A stretch of 36,571 nt of DNA from a virus. Lineage: Duplodnaviria > Caudoviricetes. Both the position numbers and the translations under genes were made by a program. Under the pieces are notes generated by a model. It did not search any database. It saw only the letters and a program-made list of their open reading frames with translations, and had not been told where the DNA came from. How positions within the stretch are numbered: the first letter of the stretch is position 1; the number at the start of each line of letters is the position of its first letter. This document shows, in pieces, positions 23,563 through 32,741 of the stretch. The stretch is taken from IMG/VR virus record IMGVR_UViG_3300017978_000126, positions 1-36,571 of that record; one strand, 5' to 3'.

Positions 23563-23868
23563 TTATGCTGACCAAGGTGTGCCGGTAGCATTTTTAGGGG
23601 CTTTCTGTTCGGCAATGTTTGCGGCCAGAGCAGTATCAACAGCAGCCACACCTTCTTCGCCCAAAGAGGCTTTGACCCACTCAACCACTTGAGCTTGTGT
23701 CAGTTGGTCATAGGGGATGTAGCTCTCTCCGGGTTGCTCTGTGAAGCCCACTGTGGAGTAGGTCGATGCGCTGTAGTCGCCATCGGTCTGTGATGCGGTC
23801 CAGTGAACGGTGACGACAAAGCCATCAGCGGTCAGGCGGTCCATGTTGGTGATTGTCCAGTTTGTCAT
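23563..23868 (-). CDS. Tail-fibre-associated protein (101 aa from MTNWTIT)
   Basis: AAGGA RBS; VVTVHW...IPYDQLTQAQVVEWV..GTPW pattern; directly after the fibre gene. Confidence 0.75.
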   Translation of the reverse strand: MTNWTITNMDRLTADGFVVTVHWTASQTDGDYSASTYSTVGFTEQPGESYIPYDQLTQAQVVEWVKASLGEEGVAAVDTALAANIAEQKAPKNATGTPWSA

Positions 23869-23879
23869 GATGAGTCCTT

Positions 23880-25658
23880 TCAGTTTGATTCGAGTGCCGC
23901 GACACGGGCACGGAGGGATTGGATTTCGGCCCACATCACAGGGATAAGGGCGCTTGCATCCATTTGCTGATACACAGGGTTGCCGTCAGCATCAACAGCG
24001 TCTTTCTCGCCTGTGTGTGCGTACTCAGGTGTTTCGTGAGCAATGAACATTGGGCGCTCTTGTGTTGCGCCTTTCATCTTGCCCATATAAACAGGCACAG
24101 AATCAATCAATGCCCCGCTGTTAACAATAGGGCCAGTAATGTCCTTGGCTCGGTAGTCAGAAGTGGTGTTGTACGCAACAAGGCCCGCACCTCGGTTATA
24201 TGAAATTGATCCGCGAATAGTTGCTGCGGCTTCCGTTTCAAACGAATGGAAAACATTGTTGCCGTTATTGAACGGAGCCCATGCGGAATAAACAAATTGA
24301 GTTGCTGCACCAGCAGGGTCTGTTTTTGCACAAATTCCGGGCTGTACGCTAGTGGCTTGGACATTTAATCGACCATCCATGTATGAGCTAGTTGCAGTCA
24401 AACCGCACAGCAAGTTACCGCTGGAGTCGATACGGGCGCGTTCGCCATTGTTTGTGCCAAAAACTATATTTCCGGCAGGGCCGTTCCACAGTTCAGTGTT
24501 GGTTCCATCTGAAAACAAGTAAGTTCGATAAGAACCAGCAACACCAAGAGTCAGAATTGAACTTGATGCACCGTTGATGGTGACGTTGCCACGCCCTGAC
24601 GAAGTAACCAGTGCAGAAGTGCCACCAACGACCAAATTCCCACTCGCATCCAGCGTCATCGCCTGAGTAAAGCTAATAGCGTTACCTGCTGTGCCGGAGG
24701 GGGCGGTGAACCAGCGGTGCTGTCCTGACTGCTGCTGATAATTGGTGGCCGCAACGCCAGTTGCGATGTAGCGGAAATCGCCTGTGCCGTAGTAGGCGTT
24801 GTGGATTAGGCGTGTCTCAGTGTCCGCGCCAAACAGCAGACCACGCTTAATTTGAAGGACTGGGCCACCAGAGCCAGTGGCATCCCAAGCACTCGGAGTA
24901 ACTCCCAAGCCGAGGTTGCCGGAGTTGGTCAGCGTCATGTTCAGCGTCCCGGTGGAGTTGCTGAACGTCAGGTCAGGTGTTGCGCTGTCTGTTGCACCAA
25001 GGAAATACGTTTGAGCCGATGCTACGCGAGCGCCAGAAAAACCAATGGCAACAGCAAAAGGATCGCTAGCTGCGCCAAAATATGATCGTCCACCAGAAAC
25101 TTGAAGCTTTCCAATGGGCGAACTCGTCCCAATACCCAGACCTGTGCTGGTCAGGCGCATTTGTTCGGAGCCGGAGATTGCAAAAGTAGCCCCGCCGGAG
25201 TTGAGCATCGAAATAAACAACGACTGGTCGTTGTTCGCAGATGCCGCGAAGTAGCCGCCAAGGATGGAGTCTGTGGCTTGCCGTAGCTGAATTCTCGAAA
25301 CAGTATTGTCAGACGCGCCAACCAGAAAATTTGAGCCCGTAAATGCGAGCGCAGACCCAGTGGTCAGGACTTTGGAGCCGTTGAGGTAGGGGACTGAATT
25401 TGCGGTTGCTCCAGACAAAGTTACAGCACCAGAAGCCGCAAGCGTAGTGAATGCGCCAGCAGCAGCAGTTGTAGTGCCAATAGGCCCGTTAAACGAGTCA
25501 CCAGCAGTACCAGCCTGGAAGTCCTTCAGTTGGGCCATCAGTTCACGGATAGCATCGTTAATGCCACTAGGGGCACAGCCCTCGGCAATGTTGATGCTGT
25601 CAATGTCTGTGTTATTCGCAGGGTTTGCGGAAAATTCGCTGATCTTTGTCTTTGCCAT
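23880..25658 (-). CDS. Tail fibre with C-terminal intramolecular chaperone (peptidase S74)
   Basis: Repeated xRxxSSGNL/GIGT fibre units, SDYRAK cleavage motif, FIAHE and terminal coiled coil. Confidence 0.9.
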   Translation of the reverse strand: MAKTKISEFSANPANNTDIDSINIAEGCAPSGINDAIRELMAQLKDFQAGTAGDSFNGPIGTTTAAAGAFTTLAASGAVTLSGATANSVPYLNGSKVLTTGSALAFTGSNFLVGASDNTVSRIQLRQATDSILGGYFAASANNDQSLFISMLNSGGATFAISGSEQMRLTSTGLGIGTSSPIGKLQVSGGRSYFGAASDPFAVAIGFSGARVASAQTYFLGATDSATPDLTFSNSTGTLNMTLTNSGNLGLGVTPSAWDATGSGGPVLQIKRGLLFGADTETRLIHNAYYGTGDFRYIATGVAATNYQQQSGQHRWFTAPSGTAGNAISFTQAMTLDASGNLVVGGTSALVTSSGRGNVTINGASSSILTLGVAGSYRTYLFSDGTNTELWNGPAGNIVFGTNNGERARIDSSGNLLCGLTATSSYMDGRLNVQATSVQPGICAKTDPAGAATQFVYSAWAPFNNGNNVFHSFETEAAATIRGSISYNRGAGLVAYNTTSDYRAKDITGPIVNSGALIDSVPVYMGKMKGATQERPMFIAHETPEYAHTGEKDAVDADGNPVYQQMDASALIPVMWAEIQSLRARVAALESN

Positions 25659-25660
25659 GA

Positions 25661-27715
25661 TTAATCTTTCTGTTCAATGATTCCGTAACGACTCAAAAGT
25701 TGACCCGTCAATGCCCATCGTTTTGCCGATGTTGGCGACATTTGACGCAATTCTTTTAACCTGTTAATGCCATCAGGAGATGTAATGATGCTTGCCAGCT
25801 TATCAGCATCATTTGCAAATCGGCGCTCAACAGCCCAATCAGCAATCATTTTCCCCCAATTCTGCGGCTGCAACAATGTGCCGCCACCAATTGCTACCAT
25901 AGCAATTGGATCACCTTTTGCTTGATCTTTCCATTGCTTCATGATCTCTTGATTGAAAGCAGTGTCTGAGCCAAGTTTCTGAACTCTAGCAGAAGCCTCC
26001 AAAACTGAAGCAAGGTCAGTTAACGCTTGGAACTGTTGAGGAGACAAAGCAGCACGCAAAGCAGCTTGAGAATTCTCATCTCCAATCAACATATTTTGCC
26101 AACTGTTACCCGTATCAAGCTTCATCCCACGCTGATTTTTTGCTGGTGTTTTGGCCTTTGTCCATACGTCTTGCATATACGCGCGAGTTACAGCATCCCA
26201 AGCATCAGGATCAACTTTCTGGATCTGTTGTTTAGCGTACCGAATTGCGGGGACTGAATTGCTTTCAAAAAGTCGCTTGGAAAATTGGTTCAAGTTGTCA
26301 GGAGAAACAGCCGTAAGACTCAAGCCAGCCTTGCTTGTATCAAACCTATTAAGTGGCTTAGATGCCTCTTCAAATTTCTTGTTTGCCTCAATATAAGCAG
26401 GATTTTCTTTGCCCATCTGAGCAACAAGGTCTTTCTGCAAATCAGTAAGTTGAGCTTGAATTTTTGCGTCCATAGATGTAAAAGTATCTTCTTTAAACAT
26501 CTTGTCAATTTCAAATTTTGAGTTTTGCAGTGCTGGCAAACGGTCATCAAGCGACTTCTCCATCACAACATCACCAGCCTCATTCAATCGAGGCTTTTCT
26601 GTATACAGAAGGTCTTTCATCTTTAGCAATGTTGACCGTTGAGAACCTTTTGCGGTCTTCAAGTAATCATCAATTTTGCTAACAACTGGAGACACATCAA
26701 CAGGCACAGACGATGCAAAAGCATCTTTGTAAATTGGGTCAACAATTGCTGTGCGCTCTGTCTTAATTAATTCCCTTGCATCTTTCAATGCCGCTTGACC
26801 TCTTGCGCCAGCTTCAGCCACATCAGACACTGGAGAAATGTTGGCAAGGAAGTTTTCAACAGCAGGGCGAATTTGCTGCACCTCACGCTGTTGATACATA
26901 GTGTTCAACTTCTGTGAAGATGCAGGTACATTGCCAAGAATCTTTTGCTGACCCATCAAAGAAGACAAGTTTGTGATTTCAGCAGGGGTAAGGAAAACAC
27001 CTTGCTGGTTTGCTTGATTGATAAGTTTACGGGCAGACTGTTGATCCATCGTTGCAATGTCACGAACAAGATTTCTCTGGTTCACTGCTTTTGCAACAGC
27101 AGGGATTGCTTGTGTACCACCACCAATCAAACCAGACAAAGCAACTTGTCCAAGATTGATGTCTTGACCGCCAACTTGCTGACCAATCTGTTGGCGCAAA
27201 AGGTTTGTCAGCGCATCAACGCCACCAGTTGCAGCCATGCTTGCAGTAACACCAAGTGGGCCACCAAGAGTCAATGGAGCAGTGGCAATGCCAGTTGCAA
27301 AGCCCGGAATCATCTCAAGAATGTCAGGCGCGTAATAGGCAGCAGTTGCAGCAGGGCCAGCAATCTCTTTGTAGAACTTGCCATCATCTGCTTGATATGC
27401 AATCTCGCCATCAACAACGCGATAGCGGCTTGTTGGCAAACCACGTTTTTCAGCAAAGAATTTAATGGCAGCTTGCTTGTCAGTTGGAATCCCGCCAACA
27501 AAAGCAGCGCCAGCATCAGAACCCATTTCCTGAGAACTGATTGCTGTGATTGCCTCATTCAAGCCGGGGAATCTGCCACTACCAACCTCAGGCGTTAAAG
27601 CTCTGCGGCCAGAAATGAGTTGAGATGCAAAATCAACTTTTTCAGTTGGCGCTAATTCATCTTCTCTTTTCCGCTTACTTCCAAGAAGTTCGCTAGCAAA
27701 ATCAAATTCGCTCAT
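25661..27715 (-). CDS. Large internal virion/ejection protein
   Basis: 684-aa helical Ala-rich protein with Gly-rich hydrophobic patch; third of three genes before the fibre. Confidence 0.7.
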   Translation of the reverse strand: MSEFDFASELLGSKRKREDELAPTEKVDFASQLISGRRALTPEVGSGRFPGLNEAITAISSQEMGSDAGAAFVGGIPTDKQAAIKFFAEKRGLPTSRYRVVDGEIAYQADDGKFYKEIAGPAATAAYYAPDILEMIPGFATGIATAPLTLGGPLGVTASMAATGGVDALTNLLRQQIGQQVGGQDINLGQVALSGLIGGGTQAIPAVAKAVNQRNLVRDIATMDQQSARKLINQANQQGVFLTPAEITNLSSLMGQQKILGNVPASSQKLNTMYQQREVQQIRPAVENFLANISPVSDVAEAGARGQAALKDARELIKTERTAIVDPIYKDAFASSVPVDVSPVVSKIDDYLKTAKGSQRSTLLKMKDLLYTEKPRLNEAGDVVMEKSLDDRLPALQNSKFEIDKMFKEDTFTSMDAKIQAQLTDLQKDLVAQMGKENPAYIEANKKFEEASKPLNRFDTSKAGLSLTAVSPDNLNQFSKRLFESNSVPAIRYAKQQIQKVDPDAWDAVTRAYMQDVWTKAKTPAKNQRGMKLDTGNSWQNMLIGDENSQAALRAALSPQQFQALTDLASVLEASARVQKLGSDTAFNQEIMKQWKDQAKGDPIAMVAIGGGTLLQPQNWGKMIADWAVERRFANDADKLASIITSPDGINRLKELRQMSPTSAKRWALTGQLLSRYGIIEQKD

Positions 27716-27723
27716 GGTAGTCC

Positions 27724-29232
27724 TTAATCAGCAGAGATGCCAAACTCAACCGAAAGCTGGCGCTTGATCGCGTTCATTTGTGTTGGTGTTGCCTTCTTCA
27801 AATCAACTTGATATTGTTTTGCAAGTTCAGCGGCACGATCATTGATAAGTTTTGGAACATTATCTAAAGGTACATCTTTGAAAGACAAACCTTTTCTCAA
27901 GATGTAAGCATTACGAGCCTCAACAAGCCGCAATTCTTTCATTGTATTGTTGAGTTTTGCTTGGAATTCTGTAGGACTATCGCCATCAAAAATTCCTTGT
28001 CCAGCACTTGGCAAACCAGCCTCAATTCGGGCAGCTTCCTGAATGCCCATAGAGGCTCCAGTAAGTGCTTTAATTGTCTGACTCAAGTTGTTAAGGGTGT
28101 TCTGCTTGAACTGAGAAAACTGTGCAAGTGACTGCTTTTCTTCTGGAGCAAGATTTGCACCAGATTTTTCTTTGATTGCCGACCATGCTTGACCAGCCTT
28201 AAACTTTGGCTGCAAATATTCTGGCTTAAACTGACTTTCAATCTGGTTATACATTGAAAGACGAGAGCCAGATTCAAGCAATGAGGTCTGCAAATCTTTT
28301 GCAACGCCTTTGTCTGGAGCCAAAGCGCCTGGAGGATAAACAACAGTGGCACTTTCTTTTCTTGCTTCTTTTGAAAGTTTGCCAACCATTTCATTTTGTT
28401 CTTTGGTCAGCTTTGTTGGGTCATTTGTACCAAACATCCTCAAAGCAATGTTGCTTTCTGTGCCAGTCAAAAGTGGCGGCTTGTCTGACAATTTACCAAC
28501 CATTTCATTTTGCTCTTTGGTCAATTGTGTTGGATCATTTGTCCCAAAAAGACGCAAGGCAATGTTGCTTTCTGTGCCAGTAAGAAGTTGTGGTTTTTTC
28601 GATCCGCTGGCTACAACCTCGATTTTGCCTGTCAATGGATTAGTGCGGATAAGTTGAGTATCGGCAGCAACAGAAGTTGTTTCGCCAGCCAGTGCTTTTT
28701 GCAAGTTAACAAAATTAAGCAATGATTTTTGGCCTTCTGGCGATGCAGACAATGCTTTAAATACATCTTGATTCAGACCAGCAGCACGACCAGCAACAGG
28801 AGCAGCCGCCCCCGGCATCATGTTGCCTTCATCATCCATCAAAGGCATCTGAGTTTCTTGACCATAATATTGCGCTGGTATCGCAGCAATTTCTGGTTGC
28901 ATCAGGCTTGGTAAAAGTCTGTTTGCCATTGTTTGACGGGCCAAAGCCTCTTTTTCAAGTTTGCGCTTCTCAAGCAAATCTTTCATCTGAAAGCCCTGCA
29001 ATTGCTCTTGCAGTTGTTCTTGCATTGCGCCTTTGTACAGCTTCTGGCCTTGCTGCAAGCCTTCAGCAATAGATTGACCAGTGTTGCCACCTTGGAACAA
29101 TCGAGCGGCCAAGCCATAAAGAGCCTGTGCTTGTGCGTCTTCACGGTTGCGCTGAATGTCACCAGCACTCATGCCCAAAAGGCCAAGAGTATCAGTGCCA
29201 CCAGTGCCGAAAATGTCAAGTAATCCAGCCAT
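27724..29232 (-). CDS. Internal virion/ejection protein with 38-aa tandem repeat
   Basis: Position in the ejection cluster; MAGLLD start; Gln-rich. Confidence 0.7.
   Translation of the reverse strand: MAGLLDIFGTGGTDTLGLLGMSAGDIQRNREDAQAQALYGLAARLFQGGNTGQSIAEGLQQGQKLYKGAMQEQLQEQLQGFQMKDLLEKRKLEKEALARQTMANRLLPSLMQPEIAAIPAQYYGQETQMPLMDDEGNMMPGAAAPVAGRAAGLNQDVFKALSASPEGQKSLLNFVNLQKALAGETTSVAADTQLIRTNPLTGKIEVVASGSKKPQLLTGTESNIALRLFGTNDPTQLTKEQNEMVGKLSDKPPLLTGTESNIALRMFGTNDPTKLTKEQNEMVGKLSKEARKESATVVYPPGALAPDKGVAKDLQTSLLESGSRLSMYNQIESQFKPEYLQPKFKAGQAWSAIKEKSGANLAPEEKQSLAQFSQFKQNTLNNLSQTIKALTGASMGIQEAARIEAGLPSAGQGIFDGDSPTEFQAKLNNTMKELRLVEARNAYILRKGLSFKDVPLDNVPKLINDRAAELAKQYQVDLKKATPTQMNAIKRQLSVEFGISAD
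28376..28587 (-). repeat. Two-copy 114-bp in-frame tandem repeat
   Basis: LLTGTESNIALR(L/M)FGTNDPT(Q/K)LTKEQNEMVGKLS twice; ccaacc at 28382 and 28496. Confidence 0.92.
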
Positions 29233-29241
29233 GAATAGTCC

Positions 29242-30441
29242 TTAAAGATACTGACCAAGGTCTTCATTACCGTAGGAGCTACCAGTACCAAAGCCGCCAC
29301 TACCAAACCCACCAAGCCAGTTTGAACCAGCATTCCAAAGATTGCTGATGCCAGTTGCGCCACCAAGGTTCTTGTACAAACCGCCAAATGTTGCGGCAGT
29401 GCCCAAGACGTTTTGCAGTGTCGATGTGTCAGCCGATCCGCTTTGTGTTTGGCTCTTTAATGTCGCCATTGGGTTGCCGTACACGCCAGACAAGAACGTA
29501 GCCAAGTTCTGTTGAGGCGCATTCTGTTGGAAGTTGAAACGAGCAATGTCAGCCGCAGTCTGTTGACCTGTGTAGCCTTCACGGGCTTGACCAGCAGCCA
29601 ACAGGTTCTGGATGTCTTGATAGTCAGACTGAGCAAAAGCAGGAGCCATGCCAGCAGCAGTGAGCTGTCGAGCAACATCAGACGCAAAGGTCTGACCAAC
29701 ACCACCAGTAGCGGCCAACTGTGTCGCCAAAGCTTGTTGGTAGTTCTGACCCAAACCAGTTGCGCCAGCCATTTGGTTTGCAATGTTTTGTTGCGCCAAT
29801 GCGCCAAAGCGGCCTTGAGCAGACTCTTGCAAACCACGCTCTTGAGCGTAGTTCTGGTAGGCCAGTTGACCAGCGGTGTCGCTCAAAGACTTGGCAAGCT
29901 GACCAGAGGCGCGATCTTGCAGCGTACCCATTGCGCCAGAGCCATATCGGCCAGCCTTAGACGCAGCCGAGCCAATGTCGCCAATTGCAGTTTGGAATTG
30001 TTGAGTAGCAGCTTGAGCAGCAGGAGCAAAAGCACCTTGAAAGAATGGATTGCCACCCAAGAATTGACCGCCAGCAGTCGCCTGAGTGCCAGCCATTGCC
30101 GGATTTACAGAGCCACCCATCAAACCTGTAAAGAACTGGTTTGTAGGGCTTGACGCAGCTTGACCATAGATGTTCTGATACATCTGTGCAGCAGGGCTTT
30201 GCTGGCCTTGGATAGCGCCTTGAACAGCACCTTGAGCAGCGCCAACCAGAGGATTGCCCTGCATCGCACGTTGCTCAAGAGCTTGCAAGCCTGTTTGAGT
30301 GGTCTGCGATGGGCCAACGTAGGTTTGACCTGGGTAGTACTGAGGGCCACCAGCTTGATAAAGCCGCTGTGCCTCTGTCAATCCGTAGCTCAGAAATGGC
30401 TGGATTGTTGGATCAACTTGTGTGGTGGTAGTGACCGCCAT
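29242..30441 (-). CDS. DNA pilot/ejection protein (Gln/Gly/Ala-rich)
   Basis: TTTTQVDP..QPFL..GL.EAQRLY, AGRYGSG and QNYAQERG motifs; AAGGAG RBS. Confidence 0.75.
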   Translation of the reverse strand: MAVTTTTQVDPTIQPFLSYGLTEAQRLYQAGGPQYYPGQTYVGPSQTTQTGLQALEQRAMQGNPLVGAAQGAVQGAIQGQQSPAAQMYQNIYGQAASSPTNQFFTGLMGGSVNPAMAGTQATAGGQFLGGNPFFQGAFAPAAQAATQQFQTAIGDIGSAASKAGRYGSGAMGTLQDRASGQLAKSLSDTAGQLAYQNYAQERGLQESAQGRFGALAQQNIANQMAGATGLGQNYQQALATQLAATGGVGQTFASDVARQLTAAGMAPAFAQSDYQDIQNLLAAGQAREGYTGQQTAADIARFNFQQNAPQQNLATFLSGVYGNPMATLKSQTQSGSADTSTLQNVLGTAATFGGLYKNLGGATGISNLWNAGSNWLGGFGSGGFGTGSSYGNEDLGQYL

Positions 30442-30463
30442 GATTAACTCCTTGAAGTCTTGG

Positions 30464-30497
30464 ATTCCATAGCGGGTGATCCGATGGAATGATTATA
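30464..30497 (-). promoter_or_regulatory. TATAAT promoter and 5' hairpin for the ejection-protein operon
   Basis: Minus strand TATAAT at 30497-30492 followed by TTCCATCGG..CCGCTATGGAA hairpin. Confidence 0.55.
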
Positions 30498-30504
30498 GAC
30501 AATT

Positions 30505-31296
30505 TCAGCCGACAACAACATAAGCATATGTCTTGTCAGCCGTTGAATTTGCGTAGTGAGACACCACCGCGCTTCCCTTTGATTGTGAACTGACGTAAAT
30601 ATTTGAGTACGCCATTGGCGCAACGTATTGAGCCGTCAAGATTACAGCGGGAATTGCTGGTCTTGGAATCGCTCCGTCAGCAGCAAAGTGTTCAAGAGTC
30701 ACGCCAACATCAGAAACAGCGCCAGCGATCTCAACATAATCGTTTGCAACCAGATCAAGGAAGATGTTCATTGATCCAATAATGTGGCTTGGACTTCCGC
30801 CACTTCTCCGTTGTGGCAAGCCAAAACGACTTCCAGAACGAACAACATCAGTCCCATTGATTCTGAACCAAATATCCGCATACTGGACATCGTTGGTGCT
30901 GTTTTGCAATTGCAGCGAATACTGAAAGTTGTAGAGGCCAGCGTTTCTTACGTTGATGCGTGTGGTGTTGGACAGATAAATGCCGTTGCTTTCTTCTGTT
31001 GTGTCAAAAACAACAATGGCAGTTGTCCCAGCACTTGGCGCTGTTTGGTCTGTGTTGTTACTGAATGCACCATATGGAGCCGAGTCAGCTTCAGCAGCAT
31101 CAGAAAACGGGATCAGAATGATTTTGCTGTCAGGGCTGATGCGCTCATCATAAATGGTTGTTGTTGACGCATTCCCGGTGGCAAGCGTGATTGTTCCGGT
31201 ATTGTTTGTCTTGCCGTTCATGATGCCGTTAACGACCTCAGACACAGCCCGAGGGTCGCTACCAAAAGCAGGAAGGGTTCTGAATTGAACAGTCAT
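30505..31296 (-). CDS. Tail protein with C1q/BclA-like beta-sandwich region
   Basis: YGAF..TDQ..IVVFDT..NGI...AGLYNFQYSLQ...DYVEI pattern. Confidence 0.65.
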   Translation of the reverse strand: MTVQFRTLPAFGSDPRAVSEVVNGIMNGKTNNTGTITLATGNASTTTIYDERISPDSKIILIPFSDAAEADSAPYGAFSNNTDQTAPSAGTTAIVVFDTTEESNGIYLSNTTRINVRNAGLYNFQYSLQLQNSTNDVQYADIWFRINGTDVVRSGSRFGLPQRRSGGSPSHIIGSMNIFLDLVANDYVEIAGAVSDVGVTLEHFAADGAIPRPAIPAVILTAQYVAPMAYSNIYVSSQSKGSAVVSHYANSTADKTYAYVVVG

Positions 31297-32741
31297 CGCG
31301 TACCTTGCCCAGACAAGTCAACATTCAATGACACAGCAGTTGTCCAGTTGCTTCCAGTTGGAACAACCTTGAACCGATGATAGTTCCCATTGGATCGCAA
31401 AGACACACGGTTTTCATAGTCGGCAGCGACAGCAGTGCCAAACGTCAAGCCCTCGCTCAAAAGCGTCCTAGAAGCCACGGAAACGGTCGCAGAGCCGTTA
31501 TCTACCTGCGGCCTAGCCAATGTCACCACCGAGCGCCCACCAGCGTTTAAATCGCCTGTAACCAGTTGACCAGTAGCAGGTGCGCCGTTGTACGTCACCA
31601 CATAAGCGCCAGACGTTCCACCGAGGAAGTACTTGCCGCCCATATAAAGAATCGAGTCCAGGCTTACAGGCAAAGCATCAATGCTAGAAGAAATAGCATC
31701 CAAGCCTTCAAGCGTTGTTGCAGATGTTGAAGCATCTGAGATGTAATCTGTCCCAGCATCGCCATACGTCCATTTTTGTGTTTTAAAGTTGTAGATGATG
31801 AGCTGGCGCTGTGCAAAGGATGTTTTAAAGTTCCAGATAATCAGCTTACGAACAGGATCAACTGCTGCGCTCATTGTGTCAAAGGCGCTCTCGTCTGCAT
31901 TAGAGAAAAACCAGCGATCTACCTTCTCGGAGCCAATGCCCTGCACTTGCTGACCATCGCACATATAAAAGCCATCGTCCGACAAGAAGAACGTCACGCC
32001 TTGAGTCTGAGCAATTGAACCTGCTGCAATACAGCCCTTGCCACGGCTGATGTTGTCAAACTGGAAGATGAAGGGTGTGCCGATGTAGGTCATCCGGCTG
32101 ATACCCTTTTCCATGAACACCAGACCAAACTCACCACCACGGATGCCAACGATCTGACCGCCATCAGCGATGTCTTGAAAGTCAGCCTGAGTGACTTGGC
32201 TTGAACCCCATGCGGTTTCATCGTTGATGCCAGACCAGCGAACCCGAGATGGGTAAGTGGTGCTTGACTCATTGGTGAACGCAGTCACAACGAAATCACG
32301 AACAACAGTCAGGAACCTGCAAACAGGAGCGCCAGCAGCAAGGTCAGCAAACGCTGTTGATGTACCCAATGTATAGGCTTGCATTGGGTCACTGAAGTTT
32401 GTCCCAATAATCACATTGCCAAACTGAGTGAAACGAAAACGATCATTGAAGGCGTTGGGCGTATAGCCACCAGATTTTGATACCTCTGTCAGTGCGCCAA
32501 CACCAGACACATCGTAAATCTTTGTCAGTCCAGAAGCAAACAGCTTTGTGGCGTTGGCAGGAGTCTTTCCGGCAACCAGTGTCGTGAGGTTTTCAGCGGC
32601 AGCAGCAGAAAATGTCGCAGCAGTCGGCAAAGGCCCGTAACCAATGGCTTGAGAAACCACGTTCTTGGCATCGGTCAAAGCGCCCGAGATACCTGGCTGG
32701 TCTGGCATCCATTCGCCAAATGTTAGTGTTGTAGTTGCCAT
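31293..32741 (-). CDS. Tail hub/nozzle protein (P22 gp10-like)
   Basis: 482-aa beta-rich protein with FGEWMPDQP, VRWSGIND..W and IGSEKVDRWF motifs; tail-module position. Confidence 0.75.
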   Translation of the reverse strand: MATTTLTFGEWMPDQPGISGALTDAKNVVSQAIGYGPLPTAATFSAAAAENLTTLVAGKTPANATKLFASGLTKIYDVSGVGALTEVSKSGGYTPNAFNDRFRFTQFGNVIIGTNFSDPMQAYTLGTSTAFADLAAGAPVCRFLTVVRDFVVTAFTNESSTTYPSRVRWSGINDETAWGSSQVTQADFQDIADGGQIVGIRGGEFGLVFMEKGISRMTYIGTPFIFQFDNISRGKGCIAAGSIAQTQGVTFFLSDDGFYMCDGQQVQGIGSEKVDRWFFSNADESAFDTMSAAVDPVRKLIIWNFKTSFAQRQLIIYNFKTQKWTYGDAGTDYISDASTSATTLEGLDAISSSIDALPVSLDSILYMGGKYFLGGTSGAYVVTYNGAPATGQLVTGDLNAGGRSVVTLARPQVDNGSATVSVASRTLLSEGLTFGTAVAADYENRVSLRSNGNYHRFKVVPTGSNWTTAVSLNVDLSGQGTR

